From an uncultured PS1 clade bacterium (GTDB taxonomy: Bacteria; Pseudomonadota; Alphaproteobacteria; MED-G09), in contig CACLQD010000002.1 in assembly GCA_902609025.1 (NCBI GenBank), forward strand, positions 33,899-97,898: 64,000 nt of DNA, in the 5' to 3' direction. A program made the position numbers and the translations under genes. The first letter of the stretch is position 1. The number at the start of each line of letters is the position of its first letter. A model generated the notes under the pieces. That model was not told the origin of the DNA. It saw only the letters and a program-made list of their open reading frames with translations, and did no database searches. Below, piece after piece: positions 48,604 through 58,667 of the stretch.

Positions 48604-50519
48604 GACTTAATAATCTTGAATTCATTATTATTTATATCTAGAGCCTTCATTGCTAATTTAACAATATTTTCTGAATTTAACCCTGCCTGAGCATACATGT
48701 CATTTACATCACCATGCTGAATAAATGTATCTGGAAGATATAAATTCCTAATTTTAAAACCATTATCAAGAATTCCTTCATCTGCTAAAAACATTAAGAC
48801 ATGGGCACCAAAACCGCCAGATGAACCTTCTTCGATTGTAATCATTAGTTCATGGTTTTTTGACAGATCTCTAATTAGGTCTTTGTCTAAAGGTTTAGCA
48901 AATCTTGCATCAGCAATTGTGCAAGAAAGACCCATTGCTTCTAATGTATCTGATGCATTTTTTACTTCTTCAATTCTAGTTCCAAGGTTTAGTAAAGCTA
49001 TTTTTTCACCTTGCTTTATAATTTTCCCTTTTCCGATTTCTAGTGATTCAATTTCTGTAGGCATATCTAACCCAAAAACATTTCCTCTTGGATATCTAAA
49101 AGATATTGGGCCTAAGCTATAGTCAGCAGCAGTTTTAACCATTCTTGCTAACTCAACCTCATTAGAAGCTGCCATAACTACAAAATTTGGTAAAATTGAT
49201 AGATACGCCAAATCAAAACTTCCAGCATGGGTTGGTCCATCCGCGCCAACTAACCCTGCTCTATCGATCGCAAATCTTACTGGTAGATTTTGGATTGCTA
49301 TATCATGGATAATTTGATCGTAAGCTCTTTGAAGAAATGTCGAATAAATTGTAGCAAATGGTTTAAGTCCCTCAATTGCAAGTCCAGCAGAAAATGTTAC
49401 TGCATGTTGTTCTGCAATACCTACATCAAAAAACCTCTTAGGATAAAGCTCTTTAAATTTATCAAGTCCCGTTCCTGATGGCATTGCAGCTGTAACAGCG
49501 ACAATATCATTATCATTTTCAGCACATTTTATTAAGGAATTAGAAAAGATTTTAGTATAAGAAACATTTGCTTTCTTTGGTTTTTCTTGTTCTCCAGTAG
49601 CAATATTAAATTTACTAACTCCATGAAATTTTTCATCTGAGTCTTCTGCCGGTTTATAACCTTTTCCTTTCTGAGTAACAACATGAATTATTACTGGACA
49701 ATTATCTGCATTTTTTACATTTCTAATCACAGGAAGTAAATGATCCAAATTATGTCCATCTATAGGTCCAACATAATAAAAACCTAAAGCTTCAAAAAGA
49801 GTTCCATTACCTGCAATAAGCCTAGTAATTTCTTCAGCCTTTTTTGCACCTTTCTCAAGTGATTTAGGAAGTTTTTCTATAACTTGTTTGGCAAAGTTTC
49901 TTAAACCAAGATATGTTCCGCCTGATATTAGTTTTGCTAAATAAGCACTCATGGCTCCTGCAGGTGGGGCAATTGACATATCATTATCATTTAAAATTAC
50001 TATTAATTTTGATTTTTCTGCACCGGCATTATTTAATGCTTCATATGCCTGACCAGCACTCATTGCGCCATCACCAACAACGCAAACAACATGATTATCT
50101 TTATTTTTTAAATCTCTACCAATTGACATTCCGAGTCCAGCAGAAGCTGCGGTAGAGCTGTGTCCAGCTCCAAAATGGTCATATTTACTTTCATCCCTTT
50201 TTGTAAAACCTGATAGGCCATCTTTTTTTCTCAAAGTTGACATTTGATCTCTTCTGCCAGTCAATATTTTGTGTGGATAGCTCTGATGGCCAACATCCCA
50301 AATTATCTTATCTTTAGGTGAGTCAAAGATTTTATGAAGAGCAACAGTAAGCTCTATAACTCCGAGGCTTGCACCTAGATGACCACCTGTCTTTGAAACT
50401 GTTTCAATAACATCATATCTCAATTCTGTTGCAAGTTCTTTGAGTTGTTCGTCATTTAACTCATCTAAATCTTTAGGTGACTTAATTTTATCGAGATATT
50501 TAATTTCTATTTTATTCAT
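48600..50519 (-). CDS. dxs: 1-deoxy-D-xylulose-5-phosphate synthase
   Basis: 639 aa. [27 protein letters not shown] and [12 protein letters not shown]. Confidence 0.93.
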   Translation of the reverse strand: MNKIEIKYLDKIKSPKDLDELNDEQLKELATELRYDVIETVSKTGGHLGASLGVIELTVALHKIFDSPKDKIIWDVGHQSYPHKILTGRRDQMSTLRKKDGLSGFTKRDESKYDHFGAGHSSTAASAGLGMSIGRDLKNKDNHVVCVVGDGAMSAGQAYEALNNAGAEKSKLIVILNDNDMSIAPPAGAMSAYLAKLISGGTYLGLRNFAKQVIEKLPKSLEKGAKKAEEITRLIAGNGTLFEALGFYYVGPIDGHNLDHLLPVIRNVKNADNCPVIIHVVTQKGKGYKPAEDSDEKFHGVSKFNIATGEQEKPKKANVSYTKIFSNSLIKCAENDNDIVAVTAAMPSGTGLDKFKELYPKRFFDVGIAEQHAVTFSAGLAIEGLKPFATIYSTFLQRAYDQIIHDIAIQNLPVRFAIDRAGLVGADGPTHAGSFDLAYLSILPNFVVMAASNEVELARMVKTAADYSLGPISFRYPRGNVFGLDMPTEIESLEIGKGKIIKQGEKIALLNLGTRIEEVKNASDTLEAMGLSCTIADARFAKPLDKDLIRDLSKNHELMITIEEGSSGGFGAHVLMFLADEGILDNGFKIRNLYLPDTFIQHGDVNDMYAQAGLNSENIVKLAMKALDINNNEFKIIKS

Positions 50520-50522
50520 TAA

Positions 50523-51410
50523 CTAAAACTTCCTTGATTTTATAAAATCAAGTGCATTTATAAAAACTTCTGGCAATTGGTCAAATATATTTAATGAATT
50601 AATTGCTTTTTCACTATATTTTCCTGCAATATCAAGACATTCTTCGATACTATAATAATTCAAGTATGTTTTGTTTTGATTGATTTCATCTTTACCTAGA
50701 GTTTTCCCAATATTTTCGGGATCACCTATTTTATCAAGCACATCATCAATTATTTGGAATACAATCCCAAAATTTCTTCCATAATTTTTGAAAGCATCTA
50801 TTTCTTTATCATTTGCTTTACCAATAATTGCTCCAGATTGGCATGAAAAAGTAAATAAATTTGCTGTTTTAAGATTATGCATAATATTAACTTCATCAAT
50901 GGATAGTTGATTTTCTTTAGAATTTATATCAATAATCTGTCCACCCACCATTCCATTAGGACCTATATTTTTTGAGAGAAGATTTATAAGTCTTATTTGT
51001 TTAGTTGCGTCAATTTTCTCCATTTCATCTGATAATATTTCAAAAGCTAAAGATTGGAGCGCATCACCAGATAGAATAGCTGTAGATTCACTAAATTTTA
51101 TATGATTGGATGGCTTATTTCTTCTATAATCATCATTATCTAAGGCAGGTAAATCATCATGAATTAGAGAGTAAGTGTGAATTAATTCAATTGTTGATGC
51201 TAATTTAAGTGCATCAGATTTGTCGGCATCAAAAAATTTTGCTATCTCCCATGATAGATAACCTCTAATTCTTTTTCCAGAGCCAATTGAAGAATAAATA
51301 ATTGAATCTTTTAGTTCATTTTCAATATTTATTTTTTTATCTAATAAATCTGTAAGATAACCATCTATTTCTATAGCAAATGGTTTTAAATGATCTAAAA
51401 ATTGGCTCAT
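50523..51410 (-). CDS. ispA: (2E,6E)-farnesyl/geranyl diphosphate synthase
   Basis: First Asp-rich motif HDDLPALDNDDYRR and second IIDDVLD. xseB-ispA-dxs order. Confidence 0.85.
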   Translation of the reverse strand: MSQFLDHLKPFAIEIDGYLTDLLDKKINIENELKDSIIYSSIGSGKRIRGYLSWEIAKFFDADKSDALKLASTIELIHTYSLIHDDLPALDNDDYRRNKPSNHIKFSESTAILSGDALQSLAFEILSDEMEKIDATKQIRLINLLSKNIGPNGMVGGQIIDINSKENQLSIDEVNIMHNLKTANLFTFSCQSGAIIGKANDKEIDAFKNYGRNFGIVFQIIDDVLDKIGDPENIGKTLGKDEINQNKTYLNYYSIEECLDIAGKYSEKAINSLNIFDQLPEVFINALDFIKSRKF

Positions 51411-51416
51411 TAGAGA

Positions 51417-51668
51417 TTATTCATCTTCATATGGCTCAGAAGTAAAATCGCCATCTGGTTGAGCTATTATCTTATCAACTTTTAATTTTGCAGACTTTAG
51501 CTTTTCTTCACAATGAGCTTTAAGCAAGGTACCTCTCTCATAAATGTCAATTGAGTCCTCAAGGTCAATATCACCTTGTTCAAGCTTTTCCACTATTTCT
51601 TCTAACTCGGACAAGGCTTGTTCAAAAGTTAATTCTTTTATGTCGTTCTTTTTATTCATAAAAATCAC
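51417..51668 (-). CDS. xseB: Exodeoxyribonuclease VII small subunit
   Basis: About 80 aa. FEQALSELEEIVEKLEQGDIDLEDSI is typical of XseB. The start may be the second ATG (51659). Confidence 0.82.
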   Translation of the reverse strand: MIFMNKKNDIKELTFEQALSELEEIVEKLEQGDIDLEDSIDIYERGTLLKAHCEEKLKSAKLKVDKIIAQPDGDFTSEPYEDE

Positions 51669-51674
51669 CGTAAA

Positions 51675-52733
51675 TTACAATTTATAATATTTAATTATTC
51701 CTTCATCATCATGTTTTGATCCTAATAGCCCTCTATGTATTAAGCAATTTAAATGGGCAATGCTTTCACCTGTAGCCATAAGCAAAACATCGCTAGTTAT
51801 TTTTCTTTTAAACAGAACCGAAAAAACATCCACTGCTCTTTTTGGTTCTTCACAAAACTCTAAAAGTCTTGTTAAGTTCCTTTCATGTCCATTAATTAAA
51901 TGGTCGAGTCTTTCGTGAAGACCTCTAAAAGGTTCATTATGAGATGGAAGAACCAAAACATCATTATTAACCCTTGATTTAATATATTTACAGCTTTCTA
52001 TCCAGTCATTAAGAGGGTTTGAATTGGGCTCAGTAGGAAAAACACTAACATTAGACGTAATCTTAGGAAGTACCTGATCTCCAGATATAAATAATTTTAA
52101 TTTTTTATTGTATAAACAAATATGTTCTGGACAATGGCCGCTACCAACTACAACCTCCCAATCATAGCCTCCGATATTAATGACATCATAATCTTTTATA
52201 CGATTATAGCTATCCGGTAGTTTTGAAATAGCGCTTCCAAAGCCACCAAATCGTTCGGAGTATGTATCAAGTTCATCTTCTGTAAAACCTGCGGATCTAT
52301 AAAGTGACTTTCCTTCCTCAGGTGCTTCCCTTCCAGTATCACTCACCAACATCCTACACATTAAGTAATCTGATCTTGACATATATAAAGGTGCAGAAAA
52401 TTTTTTATTCATCCATCCGGCTAGACCTATATGATCTGGATGAAGATGGGTAACGATAATTTTATTAACTGACTCTCCATTCATATCTTCTGAAAAACAT
52501 TTACGCCAATTTGATTTTATATCTGCGCTAGCAACACCTGTATCGACTACTACCCATCCATTATCATCTTTCAATACCCACAAATTAATATGATTTAATG
52601 CAAAGGGTAGACTCATCCTAACCCAATAAACACCATTATCAATCTTTAGCATTCTTCCAGGTTGTGGAAGAGTATCAAATGGGTATACTAAATTATGAGC
52701 GCCTTTATTATTTTTTTCGACTAATTTATCCAT
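51675..52733 (-). CDS. MBL-fold metallo-hydrolase
   Basis: THLHPDHIG motif. ATG 52733 (MDKLVEKNN) is preferred over the hydrophobic track extension to 52784, which would overlap the divergent tsaC start. Confidence 0.7.
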   Translation of the reverse strand: MDKLVEKNNKGAHNLVYPFDTLPQPGRMLKIDNGVYWVRMSLPFALNHINLWVLKDDNGWVVVDTGVASADIKSNWRKCFSEDMNGESVNKIIVTHLHPDHIGLAGWMNKKFSAPLYMSRSDYLMCRMLVSDTGREAPEEGKSLYRSAGFTEDELDTYSERFGGFGSAISKLPDSYNRIKDYDVINIGGYDWEVVVGSGHCPEHICLYNKKLKLFISGDQVLPKITSNVSVFPTEPNSNPLNDWIESCKYIKSRVNNDVLVLPSHNEPFRGLHERLDHLINGHERNLTRLLEFCEEPKRAVDVFSVLFKRKITSDVLLMATGESIAHLNCLIHRGLLGSKHDDEGIIKYYKL

Positions 52734-52761
52734 ATCTACTAAGTAGAATATAAATATAAAA

Positions 52762-53709
52762 ATGACTACAATAAAAAATACCAATAAATCTAGTATAATT
52801 CTTGCAACTGAAGCTCTAGAAGAGGGAAATCTGGTTTCTTTTCCAACTGAAACCGTTTATGGGCTTGGTGGAGATGCAACAAATAACTTAGCTATAGCTA
52901 AGATTTTTGAAACTAAAAATAGACCTGAATTTAATCCTTTAATTATTCATTTCGCATCCTTTGATCAAATAGAAGAAAATTGTGAAATAAATGATGATAT
53001 TAAAAAATTAAACGATCTTTTTTGGCCAGGTCCTATGACTATTATTTTAAAAAAGAAAAAAGAATCTAAAATAAGTGATTTAGCTAGTGCGAATTTAGAT
53101 ACAATTGGTGTAAGAATTCCGAATAATATAACTGCTTTAAAATTAATTAAATCATTTGGTAAACCTATAGCTGCACCTAGCGCTAACACTTCTAGCTCTC
53201 TTAGCCCTACTGAAGCTAATCATGTTTATGAATATTTTGAAAATGATAAAAATTTATCAATAATACTTGATGGCGGCTCAACACAAATTGGTCTAGAAAG
53301 TACAATTATAAATCTTGATAATGATAAAATAGAAATACTAAGACATGGTGGTGTTTCAGCAGAAGAATTGAAAGAAAAATTTCCACAAAAAATAATCAAT
53401 ATAGAACAAAAAGCTAATGAAATAATTATTGCTCCAGGAATGCTATCAAAACATTATTCTCCAGCTGTTCCACTAAGAATTAATGCAAAAAAAGCTGAAA
53501 AAAATGAATTACTTATCGGTTTCGGGCCAAACTATAATGCTCCAAATTTAAGCTTTGAAGGAAGCTTAGTAGAAGCTGCTTCAAATCTTTTTTCTTTTTT
53601 AGCAAAATATCAAAAAAAACACTCAAAAATAGCTATAGCTCCTATACCAAACAAGGGGATTGGAAGAGCAATAAACGATAGAATTAAAAGAGCAACTTCA
53701 AAAAATTAA
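52762..53709 (+). CDS. tsaC: L-threonylcarbamoyladenylate synthase (Sua5/YwlC type, with C-terminal Sua5 domain)
   Basis: FPTETVYGLGGDA, APSAN and 315 aa length. Confidence 0.85.
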   Translation: MTTIKNTNKSSIILATEALEEGNLVSFPTETVYGLGGDATNNLAIAKIFETKNRPEFNPLIIHFASFDQIEENCEINDDIKKLNDLFWPGPMTIILKKKKESKISDLASANLDTIGVRIPNNITALKLIKSFGKPIAAPSANTSSSLSPTEANHVYEYFENDKNLSIILDGGSTQIGLESTIINLDNDKIEILRHGGVSAEELKEKFPQKIINIEQKANEIIIAPGMLSKHYSPAVPLRINAKKAEKNELLIGFGPNYNAPNLSFEGSLVEAASNLFSFLAKYQKKHSKIAIAPIPNKGIGRAINDRIKRATSKN

Positions 53710-55334
53710 GCAGTTGGTAGCTCATAATCAGCAAATTGTTCACGTAGAGTTAGTTTTTGTATTTTTCCAGTTGCTGTATGAGGAATTTCATCGACAAAAA
53801 CTACATCATCAGGCATCCACCATTTTGCTAGTTTATCTTCTAAATATTCTAAAACATTATTTTTATTTGGATCTTTACCTTCAGCAGGAACACAAATTAA
53901 TAAAGGCCTTTCATCCCATTTCGGATGAAAAATTCCAATTACTGCCGCTTCAGCAATATCTGGATGTCCTACAGCAATATTCTCTAACTCAATTGAGGAT
54001 ATCCATTCACCACCTGATTTAATAACATCTTTAGATCTATCAGTAATTTGCATGAAACCTAATTCATCAATTGTAGCTACATCACCGGTATCAAAAAAAC
54101 CTTGATTATCAAGTATTTGTCCGCCATCACCTTTCATATATTTACTTGCTATAAAAGGCCCTCTCACTAATAGATGTCCAAAATCTTTTCCATTCCAAGG
54201 TAAATCATTTCCATCATCATCAGTAATTTTCATCTCGACCATGTATGATGCTCTACCTTGCTTTAATTTTATATCTATCTGTTCATCAAAGCTTAATTCT
54301 TCCATTCCACTTTTAAAGGCGCCTATTGTTCCTAAAGGGGACATTTCTGTCATACCCCAAGCATGCATAACGGACACATCATAATTTTTTTCAAATTTTT
54401 CTAACATCACTCTTGGAACAGCAGAACCACCAATTGCAACTCTTTCAAGATAAGGAAGTTTAAGATCATTTGCTTCAAGATATTGAAGTAGCATCAACCA
54501 AACTGTTGGTACTGCTGCAGTAAAAGTTACTTTATGGTCGTTAAGTAATTCGTAAATACTTTCCCCATCCATATTCATTCCTGGCATGACAACCTTACAA
54601 CCTGACATTGGAGCCGAAAAAGACAAACCCCAAGCATTTGCATGAAACATTGGGACAACTGGCATTACTACATCTGTAGATTTGATACCCATTGCATCAG
54701 CAGAATTAGCAACTAGTGTATGCAGTACATTTGATCTATGAGAATATAAAACTCCTTTAGGATTTCCAGTTGTTCCAGAAGTATAACATAAACCACAAGC
54801 ATCATTTTCTTCCAATTTAACCCATTCAAAATTATCATCTTGAGAATTAATGAGCTCCTCATATGAGTAAACATTCTTTAACTTGGTGTCAGGTAGGTCT
54901 GATTTTTCACATAGAAAAATAAAACCTTGAACATTTGGAATTTTATCCTGAATATTTTCTAGAATTTCTACAAAACTTATATCGGAAATTATAAATTTAT
55001 TATCCGCATGATTAATAATGTAATCAAGCTGCTCAGTAAAAAGACGAGGATTTAATGTATGATAAATTGCACCTAAACCAGTAATTCCGTACCATGATTC
55101 CAAATGTCTGTGCGTATTCCAGGCTAAAGTTCCAATTACATCACTTTTTGTTACTCCTAATTCTTTCAAAGCTTTAGCAAATTTTTTGGATCTGGAATGA
55201 ATTTCAGAATAAGTTGTAGAATGAATATCACCCTCAACTTTCCTAGTAACAATTTCTCTTTCCCCATGGTGGATTTTTGCATGATCAATAAAAGTATGAA
55301 CAAGCAAAGGCCATTCCTGCATTAATCCTCTCAT
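53706..55334 (-). CDS. Acyl-CoA ligase (AMP-forming), medium/long-chain FadD/DmdB-like
   Basis: 542 aa. AMP-binding [12 protein letters not shown] and GEWISS..LEN. Confidence 0.85.
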   Translation of the reverse strand: MRGLMQEWPLLVHTFIDHAKIHHGEREIVTRKVEGDIHSTTYSEIHSRSKKFAKALKELGVTKSDVIGTLAWNTHRHLESWYGITGLGAIYHTLNPRLFTEQLDYIINHADNKFIISDISFVEILENIQDKIPNVQGFIFLCEKSDLPDTKLKNVYSYEELINSQDDNFEWVKLEENDACGLCYTSGTTGNPKGVLYSHRSNVLHTLVANSADAMGIKSTDVVMPVVPMFHANAWGLSFSAPMSGCKVVMPGMNMDGESIYELLNDHKVTFTAAVPTVWLMLLQYLEANDLKLPYLERVAIGGSAVPRVMLEKFEKNYDVSVMHAWGMTEMSPLGTIGAFKSGMEELSFDEQIDIKLKQGRASYMVEMKITDDDGNDLPWNGKDFGHLLVRGPFIASKYMKGDGGQILDNQGFFDTGDVATIDELGFMQITDRSKDVIKSGGEWISSIELENIAVGHPDIAEAAVIGIFHPKWDERPLLICVPAEGKDPNKNNVLEYLEDKLAKWWMPDDVVFVDEIPHTATGKIQKLTLREQFADYELPTA

Positions 55335-55381
55335 AATAATCTCCTTAATTTTATTTGATATTATTGATTTTTTTCAATGGT

Positions 55382-55951
55382 TCAATAGCTTGAAGATAAA
55401 TAAATTGTTAATAAACTATCGCCAATTTTTCTTTTTTCTAAAACCTCAAAGCCACTTATACTCTTAATAGGCAAACGACTAGAAGTTTCAAGAAAAATAT
55501 AAACACTATCATTCATCCAGCTGTTTTTAATTAAATTATTAATTGCAATCTCATTAACATCTGTTTTTGAGTAAGGTGGATCAGAAAAAATTATGTCAAT
55601 TTTCTTATTTTTGTCATTTGTAAATTTTCTTATTTTATTTACATCAAACTTGTAACAATCACAGCATGAGTTTAATTCGAGGTGTGAAATATTTTCTTCT
55701 ATAGCTTTAACGGCTTTTAATGATTTATCAATAAAAGTACAATTCTTAGCTCCTCTGGAAATAGCCTCTAAACCTAAAGATCCTGAACCGGCAAACAGAT
55801 CTAAAACATTTTTTTGCTTAAGATTAATTTTAAGACTATTTTCAATAATATTAAATAAGGTCTCCTTAAATCTATCCGTAGTAGGTCTAGTTTCATTACC
55901 TTTAGGGGTAATTATTTTTCTTCTAGCATACTTACCTGAGATAATTCTCAT
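55382..55951 (-). CDS. rsmD: 16S rRNA (guanine966-N2)-methyltransferase
   Basis: RIISGKYARRKI, TRPTTDRFKE, DLFAGSGSLGLEA and DPPY. Confidence 0.8.
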   Translation of the reverse strand: MRIISGKYARRKIITPKGNETRPTTDRFKETLFNIIENSLKINLKQKNVLDLFAGSGSLGLEAISRGAKNCTFIDKSLKAVKAIEENISHLELNSCCDCYKFDVNKIRKFTNDKNKKIDIIFSDPPYSKTDVNEIAINNLIKNSWMNDSVYIFLETSSRLPIKSISGFEVLEKRKIGDSLLTIYLSSSY

Positions 55952-55965
55952 TATTTCCTCTTTAA

Positions 55966-56709
55966 TTAGAAAAAATTAGCAAAATTTCTTTTCAAAAAAA
56001 TATTTGAAATTTCTTTTACTCCACATTTTGTTAAATTACCTAAGCTAAAAGGCCCATATGCATATCTTATCAATCTATTTACCTCAAGATTCATATGGTT
56101 ACATATTTTTCTGATTTCTCTATTTTTTCCTTCATATAAAGAAAACTTTAACCATGAATTTGAATTTTGTCTTTTTTCAATTATCGCATCTATAGGTTTA
56201 TATTTTTCTCCTTGAATAGATATTCCCTCTGATAAATTTTTTAACTTTTTTTCATCTACTTTTCCAAACACCCGAACCTTATAAGTTCTCTTAAAGTTAT
56301 TCTTAGGTAGCTCAAGATATCTTGATAAATCTCCATTGTTGGTAAGAATTAATAAACCTTCACTATTATAATCTAAACGACCAACACTTATTGTATTTTT
56401 TAATTCTTTAGGTAAAAAGCTATAGATAGTATCTCTGCCTTTCGGGTCGCTCTTTGTAACAAGACAACTTTTTGGTTTATTAAAAATCCAAACACTGGTT
56501 TTTACCCTTGTATCTACAACCTCACCATCCACAGTTACAACTGCATTCCTGTCAACATTTAGAGCTGGTGAGTCAATTACTTCTCCATACAAAGTAACTC
56601 GCTTTTCTAATATAAGTTTTTCTGCTTCTCTTCTTGAGGTTAAACCTGAATTAGAAATTAATTTTGCAATTCTAATTTTTTCATTTTTTGTTTTTTTTTC
56701 CATGTTCAA
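55966..56709 (-). CDS. RsuA/RluB-family rRNA pseudouridine synthase
   Basis: S4-like N-terminus (RIAKLISNSGLTSRREAEKLI) and catalytic GRLDYNSEGLLILTN. Confidence 0.85.
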   Translation of the reverse strand: MNMEKKTKNEKIRIAKLISNSGLTSRREAEKLILEKRVTLYGEVIDSPALNVDRNAVVTVDGEVVDTRVKTSVWIFNKPKSCLVTKSDPKGRDTIYSFLPKELKNTISVGRLDYNSEGLLILTNNGDLSRYLELPKNNFKRTYKVRVFGKVDEKKLKNLSEGISIQGEKYKPIDAIIEKRQNSNSWLKFSLYEGKNREIRKICNHMNLEVNRLIRYAYGPFSLGNLTKCGVKEISNIFLKRNFANFF

Positions 56710-56737
56710 GCCTTATACATAAAAATAGGTAATAAAA

Positions 56738-57202
56738 TTGGAAAACACTACAACAAAAACTAAATACTTTATGAAGTTAGCTTTATCTGAAGCTGAAAAA
56801 GCTAAGGACAGAGATGAAGTACCTGTTGGAGCAGTAATTGTTAATCAAAAAAATGAAATTATATCTTCAAACGGAAATCGAATGCGAGAACTGAACGATC
56901 CAACCGCTCATGCTGAAATTTTAGTAATTAGAAATGCTTGTAAAGCCTTAAAAACAACTAAATTATTTGATTTTTCTTTGTTCACAACTTTAGAACCATG
57001 TGCAATGTGTGCAATGGCAATTTCATTAGTTGGAATTAAAAATCTATACTTTGCTACTGAAGATAAGAAAAAAGGATGTGTTGAAAATGGTATAAGGATT
57101 TTTTCGTCAAATTCTTGCCATCACGAGCCTAATGTTTTTAATGGATTTTATAAAAAAGAGTCAGAAGTTCTTTTAAAAAAATTCTTTTCACAAAGAAGAT
57201 AA
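56738..57202 (+). CDS. tadA: tRNA-specific adenosine deaminase
   Basis: CDA zinc motifs HAE and PCAMC. The track ORF opens at TTG 56738, and ATG 56771 (MKLALSEAEKA) is an alternative start. Confidence 0.85.
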   Translation: MENTTTKTKYFMKLALSEAEKAKDRDEVPVGAVIVNQKNEIISSNGNRMRELNDPTAHAEILVIRNACKALKTTKLFDFSLFTTLEPCAMCAMAISLVGIKNLYFATEDKKKGCVENGIRIFSSNSCHHEPNVFNGFYKKESEVLLKKFFSQRR

Positions 57203-57264
57203 TTTGTATAATCGATAATTCTGTTAGATAATCACTAACTTATAGAAAAATTCAGGAGATAATC

Positions 57265-58497
57265 ATGATTTTTGAGCATAATGACAAAACAAAAGAACTA
57301 ATCGCTCGTGTTGAAGCTTTTATGGATAAATATGTATACCCTAATGAAGCAACATATGATGAACAAATGATAGCTTTTGGTGAAGACCGTTGGCAAATAC
57401 CCCAAATTTTGGAAGATTTAAAAGTAAAGGCCAAAGAAGAAGGTCTTTGGAATATGTTTTTACCTGAATCAGAGCGAGGCGGAGGTTTAACAAATGTTGA
57501 GTATGCTCCAATTTGTGAAATTATGGGAAGAGTCGGTTGGGCTTCTGAAGTTTTTAACTGTTCTGCACCTGATACAGGAAATATGGAACTTATTGAACGC
57601 TATGGAACTGAAGAGCATAAAGAAAAATGGCTTCAACCATTACTTGAAGGTGAAATGAGATCTGCTTACTTAATGACAGAACCTGATGTAGCTTCTTCTG
57701 ATGCTACTAATATTTCGACAAAAATTGAAAGAGATGGTGATGAGTATGTTATTAATGGAAGAAAATGGTGGTCATCTGGAGTCATGGACCCAAGATGTAA
57801 AGTAGCTATCGTTATGGGAAAGACTAACCCAGACGCATCTAGACATCAGCAACAGAGTCAAATTTTAGTACCGATGGAAACCCCTGGAGTAGAAATTGTG
57901 AGACATCTTCCGGTTTTTGGTTTTGATGATGCGCCACATGGGCACAGTGAAGTCAAATTAGATAATGTTAGAGTCCCAGTTGAAAATCTTTTTTTAGGTG
58001 AAGGTAGAGGTTTTGAAATCGCTCAAGGTCGCTTAGGGCCAGGAAGAATTCATCATTGTATGAGAGCTATTGGGGTTGCAGAAAGAACTCTCGAAAAAAT
58101 GGCCAAGAGACTTTTAAGTAGAGAGGCATTTGGGAGGCCTATAGCTGAACATTCAGTTTGGGAAGAAAGAATATCTAAAGCAAGAATAGAAATTGAATGC
58201 TCAAGGCTTTTAACTATGAAAGCTGCTTATATGATGGATACAGTTGGTAATAAAGTTGCAAGGGCTGAAATAGCAATGATCAAAGTAAAAGCTCCGAGAA
58301 CATTGTTAGATATTATTGATGATGCAATTCAAGCTCATGGTGGTGGTGGTGTTACTACTGATTTTGGTTTAGGAAGAGCTTATGCTAGTGCGAGGACATT
58401 GAGAATAGTCGATGGTCCAGATGAAGTTCATAACAGAGCAGTTGCAAGACTAGAATTCAAAAAATACAGAGAAGAATTATCTCAAGCAGCTGAATAG
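57265..58497 (+). CDS. Acyl-CoA dehydrogenase of the ACAD10/ACAD11 C-terminal-domain type
   Basis: 410 aa. [58 protein letters not shown] and IVDGPDEVH are collinear with my recollection of the mammalian ACAD10/11 dehydrogenase domains. Confidence 0.88.
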   Translation: MIFEHNDKTKELIARVEAFMDKYVYPNEATYDEQMIAFGEDRWQIPQILEDLKVKAKEEGLWNMFLPESERGGGLTNVEYAPICEIMGRVGWASEVFNCSAPDTGNMELIERYGTEEHKEKWLQPLLEGEMRSAYLMTEPDVASSDATNISTKIERDGDEYVINGRKWWSSGVMDPRCKVAIVMGKTNPDASRHQQQSQILVPMETPGVEIVRHLPVFGFDDAPHGHSEVKLDNVRVPVENLFLGEGRGFEIAQGRLGPGRIHHCMRAIGVAERTLEKMAKRLLSREAFGRPIAEHSVWEERISKARIEIECSRLLTMKAAYMMDTVGNKVARAEIAMIKVKAPRTLLDIIDDAIQAHGGGGVTTDFGLGRAYASARTLRIVDGPDEVHNRAVARLEFKKYREELSQAAE

Positions 58498-58667
58498 AAG
58501 TTTTTTTATCAATTTTATTAAAACTATTGTATTAAAGTCACAATTTTTTAATGATTCTTATTAAAATCTAATAAATATGTAATAATTATAATAAATATAT
58601 TTATATAAATTACTGTTAATACATTGATTATTCATCTATAACCGTTTTTCTATATTTGGAGATTACT

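Noticed and set aside
58551-58571. Mini-ORF MILIKI in the DAHP synthase leader as an attenuation leader peptide.
   Set aside because: It has no Phe/Tyr/Trp codons and no terminator/antiterminator hairpins downstream. Such short ORFs are expected by chance.
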